Shown here: positions 42,174 to 51,511 of the stretch, piece by piece | How the letters are laid out: the number at the start of each line of letters is the position of its first letter | How positions within the stretch are numbered: position 1 is the first letter of the stretch | Origin: Chloroflexota bacterium | GTDB taxonomy: Bacteria; Chloroflexota; UBA11872; VXOZ01 | Direction: 5' to 3' | Assembly (NCBI GenBank): GCA_965221905.1 | Contig: OZ244922.1 | Span: forward strand, 2,080,001 to 2,144,000 | Length of the DNA: 64,000 bases | Made by a program: the position numbers and the translations under genes | The notes under the pieces: model-generated | The model's input: only the letters and a program-made list of their open reading frames with translations | What the model was told of the DNA's origin: nothing | The model's database searches: none

Positions 42174-43202
42174 TTACTCTACCGTCGCGGGACGCGAGTT
42201 TGCCAGCCGAGTCGCGTAGTTGCTTGCGTAATAGTCGGCATAGCTGCCGGACTTGATAGCAAGCCACCAATCTTCATTTTCGACATACCACTTGACCGTA
42301 GCCGCCAGTGCCTGCCGAAAGTTGTATTGTGGTTGCCATCCGAGCGCTTCCAGGCGGGAAGAGTCGAGACTGTAGCGGTAGTCATGGCCCGGTCGATCCT
42401 CGATCAGCCGCATCAATGAACGGGGCTTTTCAAGGACTTCTAAGATGGCCGTGGCGAGAGTCATGGTATTGACTTCGAATTCAACGCCGACGTTGTACAC
42501 TGCGCCCAACTCGCCCGTATGAAGCACGAGATCAATGCCGGCGCAATAGTCTGTTACGTACATATAGTTGCGGACCGCTTTGCCTTCGCCATAGATCGGT
42601 AGCGGCTTGTCCTCGATGGCATTGGTCACGAATACCGGCACCACTTTTTCCGGATACTGATGAGGGCCGATGGTGTTCGCGCCACGGGTGACCATTACGG
42701 GCAAGTCAAAGCTCGAAAAGTAGGAAAGAGCAAGCAACTCACCACCCGCCTTGCTGGCCGAGTATGGGTTGCGTGGCGCAAGGCGCGCGTCTTCGCTGGC
42801 GGCGCCCGCCGGCACGTGACCGTATACCTCGTCAGTGCTCACCTGTACTATCCGCGTCACGTTGTGCGTGCGCGCCGCCTCCATGAGCACGCGAATGCCT
42901 TCTACGTTGGTCCGCACGAAGGCCGCCGGGTCCATTACAGAGCGATCCACGTGGCTCTCTGCGGCAAAGTTTACGAGCGCATCGCAACCCGCCATTGCTT
43001 CACCCACGGCGTCAGCATCGCAAATGTCGGCTTGAACAAACTGAAAACGGGGGTTCTCCTCGAATGCAGAGAGATTTGCCAGGACGCCAGCGTATGTCAG
43101 CTTATCCAATGCCACGACGTGAATGTCCGGATGCCGGGAAAGTACGTAACGCACATAGTTGCTGCCGATAAAGCCGGCTGCTCCCGTCACCATAATCCGC
43201 AT
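42174..43202 (-). CDS. rfbB: dTDP-glucose 4,6-dehydratase
   Basis: TGAAGFIGSN, AAESHVDRS, STDEVYG, YSASK, DRPGHDYRY. Confidence 0.96.
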   Translation of the reverse strand: MRIMVTGAAGFIGSNYVRYVLSRHPDIHVVALDKLTYAGVLANLSAFEENPRFQFVQADICDADAVGEAMAGCDALVNFAAESHVDRSVMDPAAFVRTNVEGIRVLMEAARTHNVTRIVQVSTDEVYGHVPAGAASEDARLAPRNPYSASKAGGELLALSYFSSFDLPVMVTRGANTIGPHQYPEKVVPVFVTNAIEDKPLPIYGEGKAVRNYMYVTDYCAGIDLVLHTGELGAVYNVGVEFEVNTMTLATAILEVLEKPRSLMRLIEDRPGHDYRYSLDSSRLEALGWQPQYNFRQALAATVKWYVENEDWWLAIKSGSYADYYASNYATRLANSRPATVE

Positions 43203-43237
43203 GCTGCCTACTCCCTATTCTCATTCATGAATGTTGC

Positions 43238-43618
43238 CTATTTCGCCCCCTCGTCCTCTTCTTTCACTATCCGGTTAACAGCAAAACTGACCACACTAAT
43301 GATGAGGGCAACAAGCATGGCCGATAAAAGCGTGGGACGGCCCGACTCTGCTAATTCGACACCCGGCAGGAGCGCCGTGCCCAACCAGAACAGCAGGCCG
43401 TTCAAGACCAGGATCCAAATGCCAAGCGTCAGCACGGTTACTGGAAGGGAGACAATCTTGAGCACCGGCCCAATCAGCGCATTGATCAACGCCACGCCAA
43501 CGGCAAAGACTATGATCGTGAGCCAATCGCCGCTGTTTGTGAATTCCACCAGCGCGAAACGGCTCGCGATAAGCACGGCGACCAGTACTGCCAAGCTGCG
43601 GAGGACTAAAGCACGCAT
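43238..43618 (-). CDS. 4-TM phage holin superfamily IV / YvlD-like membrane protein
   Basis: INALI.P.LK..SLP...LTLG...LVLNG; GAGG RBS before ATG 43618. Confidence 0.82.
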   Translation of the reverse strand: MRALVLRSLAVLVAVLIASRFALVEFTNSGDWLTIIVFAVGVALINALIGPVLKIVSLPVTVLTLGIWILVLNGLLFWLGTALLPGVELAESGRPTLLSAMLVALIISVVSFAVNRIVKEEDEGAK

Positions 43619-43940
43619 GCGACTTTCCTCTAGCAGGCTATCGAAAACTCCAGCCACTTCTCAATTCAATTATACAGCCTCGGAATCTAGGCTACGACTC
43701 CAGCGGTCTGAACGGAGGATTGCAAACTACTGCCTAACCGTAGACCGCGGTCCCATGACGGAAAGTGAGCAGTGTTGGTGTACCCTGGCCGTGCCCTGTC
43801 TTGCAAACAGTCGCATCGGCCGGATCAGGAAGATGTGCGCTTTTGGCAATGAGGCGTTCACTGGGTAGCTGCGAAATCGAAGACGCTCTACTGCTAGAAG
43901 CCCAATAAGGGCGCTAAGGACAGCACCTCACTGTTTGCGG

Positions 43941-44633
43941 CTAGTTGTCGTCTCCCTCATGAGAGGGCTTGGGCGCACTCCGTCTGAGCAGACCCACTCC
44001 GAGCGATACGCTCCAGATTGCCCAAGACACGAAACAAAACCGGTTTATCTGGATCATAGTTTGCAACAGCGGCGTCACGCTGACGCCGATAATCTGACTC
44101 ACCAGCGCGATAACCGAGACTACTGCTATGATCCCCGCAGCGATGCGATTGAATTCGTCTCGGATCGCAAGGCCCAAACTGTAGAGCAAGAAGCCAAAAG
44201 CAACTGCTAGACTTGTAATCAAGCTAATGCCAAATTCAACTCTAAAGACCACAGTAGCAGAGTGAGAGTATGCAGCATACGCAACGTACGTATCCGCCAC
44301 TTCCAAGTTTGGCCCCTGCATCACCACCCAAGCGACAGCGCCGACTGCCAAGAACAGCAGGCCAAGTTGGGAGAGTGCTTCGTCGCTGCGGCAACTGCGC
44401 AGCAGTGCGAATTGGCCGTAGAGGGCGAGGATAAGCCCCAATGCAATTCCGATACTCGTGACAGTTGCCAGAGTATGGATGCGCTCCAAAGCGACATTTG
44501 TTGCTAAGGTGTTGTCCATCAAGAGGTTGTTGAAGAGCACGCCGCCCGGCTGGAAGAGAAAGCAGACGAATGCCAGCACAGGGCCCACAATCAGGCACAA
44601 TCCGCCAAGCGTCTTTGCTGAAACCACTCTCAA
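43941..44633 (-). CDS. Hypothetical membrane protein (about 6 TM)
   Basis: Hydrophobic ORF preceded by AGGAGG RBS. Confidence 0.72.
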   Translation of the reverse strand: MRVVSAKTLGGLCLIVGPVLAFVCFLFQPGGVLFNNLLMDNTLATNVALERIHTLATVTSIGIALGLILALYGQFALLRSCRSDEALSQLGLLFLAVGAVAWVVMQGPNLEVADTYVAYAAYSHSATVVFRVEFGISLITSLAVAFGFLLYSLGLAIRDEFNRIAAGIIAVVSVIALVSQIIGVSVTPLLQTMIQINRFCFVSWAIWSVSLGVGLLRRSAPKPSHEGDDN

Positions 44634-44881
44634 AGCCTATCCTCCTAGTGAAACGTGTTGCACCAGTTCGTCGGGTCTGTGGATCGTTGCCTCAAGCCCA
44701 CTGGGCTCTGAATGCCGTTAGCATCAGCTCGCTCATTGAGAGACAACGCAACCACAAATCCATACGTGTGGCAAGTGCACAGTATCTTCGGGGCTGCTTT
44801 CCGTCCACCTTTTAGTTATCTTGGTATACTATGCATATAAGCGCCGTTCCAGCAAGCCATTGAGAATTGCAGGTAAGAGCG

Positions 44882-45379
44882 ATGTTTCAAGGAATAGACC
44901 GGTTTCTGGCTTCGATCCTTGTGGTAATTTTCTTTGTTGTGTTGCTTGCCGTTGTGCTAGTGTGGCGTTCCCCCACAACAGGCGAACTCGAGTATAAGGT
45001 TGAGAGCAACCCCAGTGACGTGGTGCACAATTTTGTCGTTGCTGTAACGCGAGGCGACGAAGAACGCGCAAAGTCCTACCTCTCACCTGAGCTCCTTGAA
45101 GAGATAGCGGAGAGAGAAAAAGAGAACAGGTATTCAATCATACGGTCATACGGATCTGGATCTAGCACGGGCTTACGCATCGTGGTTGAAGAAGAAACAA
45201 CCGTGGAAGGCCTTGCGACCGTAGAGCTTTCTATCACATGGTTCCATTCTGAACCGACACCCTTAGGTCTCCTTGGGATGTTCGGATCAAATCAGTATTC
45301 GCGTGAATTTGACATTCGATTGCGGCAGTTTGACGGTGAGTGGAAGATCGTCGAGCCCTTTGACCTGTACATGCTGTAA
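44882..45379 (+). CDS. Membrane-anchored hypothetical protein (NTF2-like extracytoplasmic domain likely)
   Basis: N-terminal TM; P..VVHNF..A...GD.E.A..YL; C-terminal GEWKI. Confidence 0.72.
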   Translation: MFQGIDRFLASILVVIFFVVLLAVVLVWRSPTTGELEYKVESNPSDVVHNFVVAVTRGDEERAKSYLSPELLEEIAEREKENRYSIIRSYGSGSSTGLRIVVEEETTVEGLATVELSITWFHSEPTPLGLLGMFGSNQYSREFDIRLRQFDGEWKIVEPFDLYML

Positions 45380-45438
45380 ATGCCTCATGACCGGGGCTAG
45401 CCACATCAAGCACTCTCTCCCGTAACGAGGAGCACGCA

Positions 45439-47136
45439 ATGCTCACAGTACGGCGTCTGTACATTCTCGCTGCGGCCTTCATCGGCCTTTTGATTTTCAT
45501 GCAGAGCAGCAGCGAGTTACTGCGGCTTGCTTTACTGATAGTCCCGCAAGACCCTGACTTTGGTTTAGGCAGCGATTGGTGGCGCGATCGCTTGAGCTTG
45601 AATCTTGCCTTGCTTGCAGTGGCTACACCGCTTTGGCTGGGGCATTGGGTGTGGGCACAACGCCTCGCGCGTGACAGCGCAGAGGAGCGGAGCGCACTCC
45701 GTTCCCTCTTTTTTCTCGGCGCGCTGGGTGTAACGATTATCCAGACTGCCGGGGCAGCGGGGGAAATCCTCTATGTCCCACTTGCGCGTCTTGCCGGGGA
45801 TTCCTTCGCAACACTTGAATTACTAGACAATCTGGCTGAATTCCTAGTCTATGGGCTATTTTGGGCATACCACATTCGACAGCGGCCGCCGGCGCGGTTT
45901 CAGATCGGGGCGGCGGCAACCATTACACGCTGGTATTGGTATGCCGCCTCATTTGGTAGCTTAGGAATATTGGTCGCGTCGGTGATTCCGCTGCTCGCAA
46001 CGATACTTCAGCGTCTGCTTGGCGTTGATGCTGTCAATTCTGCGTGGTGGGAGCTACCGGATGCCAATAACATCGCCTGGATCATCGTGGGTAGTGTCGG
46101 CTGGACGTATCACTGGGCCAAAATTCAGGGCGAGATTGCGGACGCGCAGAGCCTTGAGTTGCGATCGGCCTTGCGTAAGGTCTACCTCTACGCGACGGTG
46201 GGTCTGGGCGCAGCCGGCGCGCTCTTAGCAGTCGGCCGAATTCTCTACTGGATTCTTCTGAATGCACTGGGCGCAGTAGACGAGGAGCTAGGGTTCATCG
46301 ATGACTTTGCCCGCGTCGTGCCAGTCGCTCTCGTAGCGGCCACAGCGTGGTACTACCACCGCTACCACTTGCAGCGAGACGCCACTCTGGTAGCCGAGTT
46401 GCCACGGCAAGCTGCAATTCGTCGAGTATACTCTTACATCCTTACAGCAATCGGCGTTGCTCTATTGGCGACGGGCGTGTTCGGCATTTTAAGATTGGTG
46501 ATCGGGCTCTTGACCGGCGAGGCGGAAACGCTAGACCTGTCTGACAACTTCCTGCAGCAACAGTTGAGCCTCTATGTGACGTTGCTGTTCGTGGGCCTCG
46601 TTGCGTGGGTGTGGTATTGGCGGCAGATACAGCAGCAAGTGGATGCGGATGAAAGCGGTGAAGAACAGTCATCGCTCGTGCGCCGCATCTATCTCTATGC
46701 GGTGGCATCAGCAAGCGTGATTGCAGTAGTGATTGCGATTGGGACACTGCTCTACGAATCACTGCGTTCCGTACTCGGCGTTGAACCTTGGAGCGGTTTG
46801 ATAGACTCCCTTCGGACAAACGTTAGCATAGCGCTGGTAGCCGCCACGTTGCTCACGTACCACGTCCGAATTCTGCTCCGAGAGCAATTGCCTTCATTGG
46901 CGAAAAGAGATGCGGACGCTTTAGAGGAACATGCTCCGTCGAAGGTTGATGAAGCGGCGTCCGTTACGGTAGAGCACAGCCTGGTGGTAACGGTATCGGG
47001 CAGTGACCTGCAATACGCGCGGCAGCTAATCCAACAAAGTGCCCTGCCCGAAGGCACGAAACTCTCATTCCTTGAGAGTGCACTGTCACCGGAAGAGGTC
47101 CGCCAGCGGCTGCAGACCGAGCCGGCCGACGAGTAA
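45439..47136 (+). CDS. DUF5671-like repeat membrane protein
   Basis: Repeated RR.Y.Y ... W..HW TM modules (VRRLY, LRKVYLY, IRRVYSY, VRRIYLY). Confidence 0.78.
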   Translation: MLTVRRLYILAAAFIGLLIFMQSSSELLRLALLIVPQDPDFGLGSDWWRDRLSLNLALLAVATPLWLGHWVWAQRLARDSAEERSALRSLFFLGALGVTIIQTAGAAGEILYVPLARLAGDSFATLELLDNLAEFLVYGLFWAYHIRQRPPARFQIGAAATITRWYWYAASFGSLGILVASVIPLLATILQRLLGVDAVNSAWWELPDANNIAWIIVGSVGWTYHWAKIQGEIADAQSLELRSALRKVYLYATVGLGAAGALLAVGRILYWILLNALGAVDEELGFIDDFARVVPVALVAATAWYYHRYHLQRDATLVAELPRQAAIRRVYSYILTAIGVALLATGVFGILRLVIGLLTGEAETLDLSDNFLQQQLSLYVTLLFVGLVAWVWYWRQIQQQVDADESGEEQSSLVRRIYLYAVASASVIAVVIAIGTLLYESLRSVLGVEPWSGLIDSLRTNVSIALVAATLLTYHVRILLREQLPSLAKRDADALEEHAPSKVDEAASVTVEHSLVVTVSGSDLQYARQLIQQSALPEGTKLSFLESALSPEEVRQRLQTEPADE

Positions 47137-47146
47137 TGCACGTCCC

Positions 47147-47173
47147 CGGTACAAGTCCTAGGGACTTGTACCG
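47147..47173. terminator. Perfect 12-bp inverted repeat between convergent genes (bidirectional terminator or REP-like)
   Basis: CGGTACAAGTCC-TAG-GGACTTGTACCG. Confidence 0.6.
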
Positions 47174-47248
47174 CGTTTCACTACCAACGGAGCTCTGTTG
47201 GCGCCTGCGAATCCGAAGCCTTGCTCGGTGACTAAGGCGAAATCAGAC

Positions 47249-48304
47249 TCACACGGTGGCCGGCACACCTGTCATCAACCTAACCGCTTCGTGTGCTGCC
47301 TCAATTGTCGTCTCGATATCCTCTGCCGCGATCTGGTGGTAGGTCACGAGGCGAATGCGATTGTCTGAAACCGCGCCGCACTTCACACCGCGTGTCGCCA
47401 AATCAGCCGTAAGTTGCGGCGCCGTGCCCACAGATGCATCAAGGTCGATGTAGACCATGTTGGTCTCTACGTGATCGGCGGAAATACCGGGAATAGCGCC
47501 CAAGCCTTCGCCAAGCCGCCGTGCGTTGGCATGATCTTGGGAAAGCTTCTGCGGAATGGTCTGCAGAGCCACGATCCCCGCCGCTGCCAGCACACCGGAC
47601 TGTCGCAGGCCACCGCCCAGCATACGTCGAAAACGCCGTGCTGTTTCAATGAATGCACTGTCGCCGCAGACTATAGATCCTACCGGCGCGCTCAACGCTT
47701 TCGAAAGGCAGAATGTCACAGAGTCTACGTATTGCGTAACTTCAGAGACCGGGACCTCTAAGCCAGCGGCCGCATTGAAGACGCGCGCACCGTCCATGTG
47801 AATGGCTATATCCAGCTCGTCAGCCAAGTCCCGCAAGCCGGCCAGGGTGGACAGCGGGTACACCGCCCCGCCGCCTCGATTGTTGGTATTCTCCAGACAG
47901 ATAAGGCGTGTCGGAGAGAATGCGTCATAGGGCCGGCGGAGCACGCTTCGAATACTCTCGGCAGTGAGGATGCCCCGGTCAGATGGCGCGATCCGGGGTG
48001 ACGTGCCCGCTACCGCGGAAAAGTCGCCGGCCTCAGTGGTGACAATATGGGCCTCGTCTGCGACGACAAACTCGTCGCCATTACGACAGTGGGTCAGGAG
48101 GCAGACGAGGTTGCCTTGCGTACCGCTGGTTACGTAGAGGGCTGCCTCTTTCCCCGTAATCTCCGCGGCCATGGCTTCCAGCCGATTGACGGACGGGTCT
48201 TCCCCATAACAGTCATCGCCGACTGCCGCGTTCGCCATTGCCTCTCGCATTTCGTCCGTCGGCATGCTTACAGTGTCGCTGCGCAGGTCGATAACTTTCG
48301 ACAT
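47249..48304 (-). CDS. ltaE: Low-specificity L-threonine aldolase
   Basis: IDLRSDT, GDDCYGEDP, SGTQGN, LENT, HMDGAR, CLSK.L.AP.GS. Confidence 0.92.
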   Translation of the reverse strand: MSKVIDLRSDTVSMPTDEMREAMANAAVGDDCYGEDPSVNRLEAMAAEITGKEAALYVTSGTQGNLVCLLTHCRNGDEFVVADEAHIVTTEAGDFSAVAGTSPRIAPSDRGILTAESIRSVLRRPYDAFSPTRLICLENTNNRGGGAVYPLSTLAGLRDLADELDIAIHMDGARVFNAAAGLEVPVSEVTQYVDSVTFCLSKALSAPVGSIVCGDSAFIETARRFRRMLGGGLRQSGVLAAAGIVALQTIPQKLSQDHANARRLGEGLGAIPGISADHVETNMVYIDLDASVGTAPQLTADLATRGVKCGAVSDNRIRLVTYHQIAAEDIETTIEAAHEAVRLMTGVPATV

Positions 48305-48547
48305 TCGTTCACTCCCTCGCTTGATGTTGTACAGAGTAATTCAGGAAATCTCTCGGCAAATGCGCCCGCCTCAGTCTTCACCGGCGAACGCAGCTATGCA
48401 CGGTACGGCCCACATCTATTATTGGGGCCCAACAGCCCTTGATCCTAGTATAGAATCCCCGTCTATTCTGCGCACGTGCAAGACCACGATCAGAGCCCTG
48501 TTCAAGCTGGATTTGCCGCTCTCATTGAGCCGCCACGCTAGGATCCT

Positions 48548-49561
48548 CTAACCCAGGCCTTCTTCGAAGTATCGTGCTAACTCATCTCTTGGGAACGATG
48601 GCACATCGTGCCAGGCGCCATCAACAAGCATCCGTATTCCCTGTGTCGATTCGGTCAAGCGGCCGATGGCAGCGGCCTCGATACCTTCGTCGCGGAGTGC
48701 GGCCAGGGCGGCTACGACGTCTTCCGCCGCAACTACCGCGAGTAATGCGCCCGATGCAAGCAATCCGAGCGGATCGAGTGCCAAAGCCTCGCAGATTTCA
48801 GCGGTCTCCGCCAAGAGCGGGACCATATCGAGGTCTACAGAGAGTCCGCATGCTGCCCCGGCTGCCAACTCAGCCAGTGCCGTGGCCAGGCCGCCTTCCG
48901 TCGGATCGTGCATCGCGCGTGGATGGAGAGAGCGGCACAAGGCCTCCGCGGCAGGCGTCACGCTAATACCGGGATCATCGAGATATGCTTGCGCACGGGC
49001 GATTGTGGCCGGCGCTACGCCTTGGGCCGCAAGTTCCTCGCTCGCATCTTGCGCTAGGATAGCTGTCCCTTCGATAGCAACACCGTTCGTAAGGAGAATT
49101 ACGTCTCCAGGCTGTGCGTTGGCATTCACCACAAGGCGGTCCTTTGCGACCTCCCCCAAGAGCGTACCGGCAAGAATTGGCCGTTTTACTCCGTCGGTTA
49201 CCTCCGTATGCCCTCCAATCAGTGTGACACCTAGTGCCTGGCACGCGTCTTGGAGGTCGGTGAAGATCTGCTTTACGGTCTGCGTGGTACAGTCTGGCGG
49301 AAGCAACAGCGTTCCCAGGAACCAGCGCGGCCGTGCGCCCATGGTCGCCACGTCATTCGCGTTGATTTGCAGAGCATACCAGCCGATGCGATGCGCCGTG
49401 AACGTAATTGGGTCGCTCTTTGCAATGAGATACCGATCGCCAATATCCAGCACGGCGGCATCTTCGCCTAAGCGGGGCCCCACTATGACATCCGGGTCAT
49501 CGATTGGTATGGCTGCGAGTAGCTCCGCCAAGAGCCCTGCCGGTAGTTTGCCTTGTAGCAT
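48548..49561 (-). CDS. AIR synthase family (PurM/HypE/ThiL superfamily) protein
   Basis: GKLP, GEDAAV, DPIT, NANDVATMGA, GGHTE, MHDPTEGG, DEL. Confidence 0.85.
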   Translation of the reverse strand: MLQGKLPAGLLAELLAAIPIDDPDVIVGPRLGEDAAVLDIGDRYLIAKSDPITFTAHRIGWYALQINANDVATMGARPRWFLGTLLLPPDCTTQTVKQIFTDLQDACQALGVTLIGGHTEVTDGVKRPILAGTLLGEVAKDRLVVNANAQPGDVILLTNGVAIEGTAILAQDASEELAAQGVAPATIARAQAYLDDPGISVTPAAEALCRSLHPRAMHDPTEGGLATALAELAAGAACGLSVDLDMVPLLAETAEICEALALDPLGLLASGALLAVVAAEDVVAALAALRDEGIEAAAIGRLTESTQGIRMLVDGAWHDVPSFPRDELARYFEEGLG

Positions 49562-49565
49562 CGCG

Positions 49566-51038
49566 TTAGCCTTTGATCACGCCAATGGGCCGCACACGCG
49601 CCACGACGCGGGCAATGCCGGATTGCTCCACAATGTCCACCACATCGCGCACGTCCTTATATGCCTCGCTCGCCTCTTCCGCCAGTCCGGCCTTGCTCTG
49701 CGCGCGAACGACAATGCCTTTCTGCGCCAATAGTCGCACGAGGTCTACCCCGGCAAGCTTCTTCTTTGCTGCCCCCCGGCTCAGCAGCCGACCCGCGCCG
49801 TGGCACGTGGAGGCAAAGGTCTCTCGTCGTGCCTGCTCTTGCCCTACGAGAATGTACGAGTATCGGCCCATATCGCCGGGAATGAGGACCGGTTGACCGA
49901 TGGCGCGGTACTTGGCGGGCACTTCGGGATCTCCAGCGGGCAGGGCGCGTGTGGCGCCTTTACGGTGCACGCAAAGAGTCATTTCCTCACCGTCCACGCG
50001 ATGGCGTTCCATTTTGGCGATATTGTGGGCAACGTCGTAAACTACACCAATGTCAATTGCAGGTTCCGACTGCCCAAGGACGTGCTGAAATGCCCGTCGC
50101 GTGCGCTCTGTAATGGCCTGGCGGTTGGCAAAAGCAAAGTTGGCGGCCGCTGCCATTGCGCCGAGATATGCCTGACCCTCAGGTGACTTTATGGGGGCAC
50201 AGGCCAACTGCTTATCAGGGAGCGAAATCCGGTACTGCTCCATGGCGCGCTGCATTACGCCGAGATACTCCTGGCACACTTGATGTCCAAGTCCGCGAGA
50301 ACCCGTATGGATCGAGAGCATGACCTGACCGGGCTCGTCAATGCCGAACGCATGCGCGGCCTTTTCATCCGCAATGGTCTCCACTACTTGCACTTCAAGA
50401 AAGTGATTGCCCGACCCCAGCGAACCAAGCTGCGGCGCTCCCCGTTGGCGCGCTCGATCGCTAACTTTGGAGGTATCAGCGCCAGGCAGGCATCCCCCGG
50501 ATTCGATTGCCTCCAGGTCTTCACTGCTACCGTGTCCATTGTCCACCGCCCATGCTGCGCCCCTGGCCAGAGCCCCTTCGACGTCTATGGAAACGGCGCG
50601 TTTTCTCTTCCCTCGTCCCAATCCGGTCGGCACATCGCGGAACAACTGATTCACGATTTCAGGCAATTGACTCTTGACGGCGCGCTCGTGCAAATTCGTG
50701 CGCAGCAGGCGCACGCCGCAGTTTATGTCAAATCCCACGCCACCCGGTGAGACGACGCCATCCTCGAGTCGCATCGCCGCCACACCGCCGATGGGGAAGC
50801 CATAACCCCAGTGAATGTCAGGCATGGCAAGCGCATTCCCGACGATACCGGGCAACGCGGCCATATGGGCCACCTGCTGGATCGCCATATCACCGGCCAT
50901 GGAATCGATCATGGCCTCATCAGCAAAGATAAGTCCGGGAACTCGCATGCCGGGCATGTAGCTGACCGGTAGCTCCCAGCGGACGGCATCCTGCTGCCGC
51001 AGCACCGATCGCCAATTGTGCGGCGCGTTCTTCCCCAT
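49566..51038 (-). CDS. rtcB: RtcB RNA ligase (long, archaeal-type)
   Basis: MPDIHWGYGFPIGG, DINCG, GSGNHFLE, HTGSRG, HNIAK, HRKGAT, STCHGAGR. Confidence 0.96.
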   Translation of the reverse strand: MGKNAPHNWRSVLRQQDAVRWELPVSYMPGMRVPGLIFADEAMIDSMAGDMAIQQVAHMAALPGIVGNALAMPDIHWGYGFPIGGVAAMRLEDGVVSPGGVGFDINCGVRLLRTNLHERAVKSQLPEIVNQLFRDVPTGLGRGKRKRAVSIDVEGALARGAAWAVDNGHGSSEDLEAIESGGCLPGADTSKVSDRARQRGAPQLGSLGSGNHFLEVQVVETIADEKAAHAFGIDEPGQVMLSIHTGSRGLGHQVCQEYLGVMQRAMEQYRISLPDKQLACAPIKSPEGQAYLGAMAAAANFAFANRQAITERTRRAFQHVLGQSEPAIDIGVVYDVAHNIAKMERHRVDGEEMTLCVHRKGATRALPAGDPEVPAKYRAIGQPVLIPGDMGRYSYILVGQEQARRETFASTCHGAGRLLSRGAAKKKLAGVDLVRLLAQKGIVVRAQSKAGLAEEASEAYKDVRDVVDIVEQSGIARVVARVRPIGVIKG

Positions 51039-51052
51039 GCTATTTCACCTAC

Positions 51053-51511
51053 TTAGATATCAAAGTACACTTGTATCGTCGTGCGGTTTGGCAGTATCGC
51101 AACGTCGAGTTGATGGTACGTCACCGCCTTGATCTCTATTCCCGCGCTCTCCTCGGAGTCTTCAAGCAATACTCCAGCGACGCTAGCCGAACAGCGCGGC
51201 AGTGCGCACGTAGAGAACGCACAGGTCTGCGCAACCACGCCATCCACGCTAAATAGGAAGAGTAGCTCGGCCAGCCAGTTCACGACCAGATCCGGCCAGG
51301 TTTCGCCACTGACCGCAACCTCGTGCTTTATCGCCGGCCCGGTCGCGAAGCCTGGGTCAATGCCAAGCATGATGGCATACATGCCGCGGGTTGCCGCCGC
51401 GAATGCAACACCGGGATCAGGCCCCCATGCCTGCACACCTACGTCGGCCGTATGCTCTAGGAACGCAAACCCAGCGTCATTTGCTGCCGGCGCGCCATCG
51501 TTAGCGCTCAT
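51053..51511 (-). CDS. Archease
   Basis: EHTADVG, WLAELLF, IKAVTYH, C-terminal FDI; probable ATG at 51511 overlapping the end of the upstream gene. Confidence 0.92.
   Translation of the reverse strand: MSANDGAPAANDAGFAFLEHTADVGVQAWGPDPGVAFAAATRGMYAIMLGIDPGFATGPAIKHEVAVSGETWPDLVVNWLAELLFLFSVDGVVAQTCAFSTCALPRCSASVAGVLLEDSEESAGIEIKAVTYHQLDVAILPNRTTIQVYFDI

Noticed and set aside
43238-43618. Holin-like gene as evidence of a prophage
   Set aside because: This family is commonly chromosomal and no phage genes flank it.
42660-43868. 402-aa plus-strand ORF
   Set aside because: Antisense to rfbB and the holin-like gene; a typical high-GC shadow frame.
48305-48547. Glycine riboswitch upstream of ltaE
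   Set aside because: Could not find the conserved GGAGA...CCGAAG...CTCTCAGG elements on the minus strand.
48666-49733. 355-aa plus-strand Ala/Ser-rich ORF
   Set aside because: Antisense shadow of the AIR-synthase-like gene.
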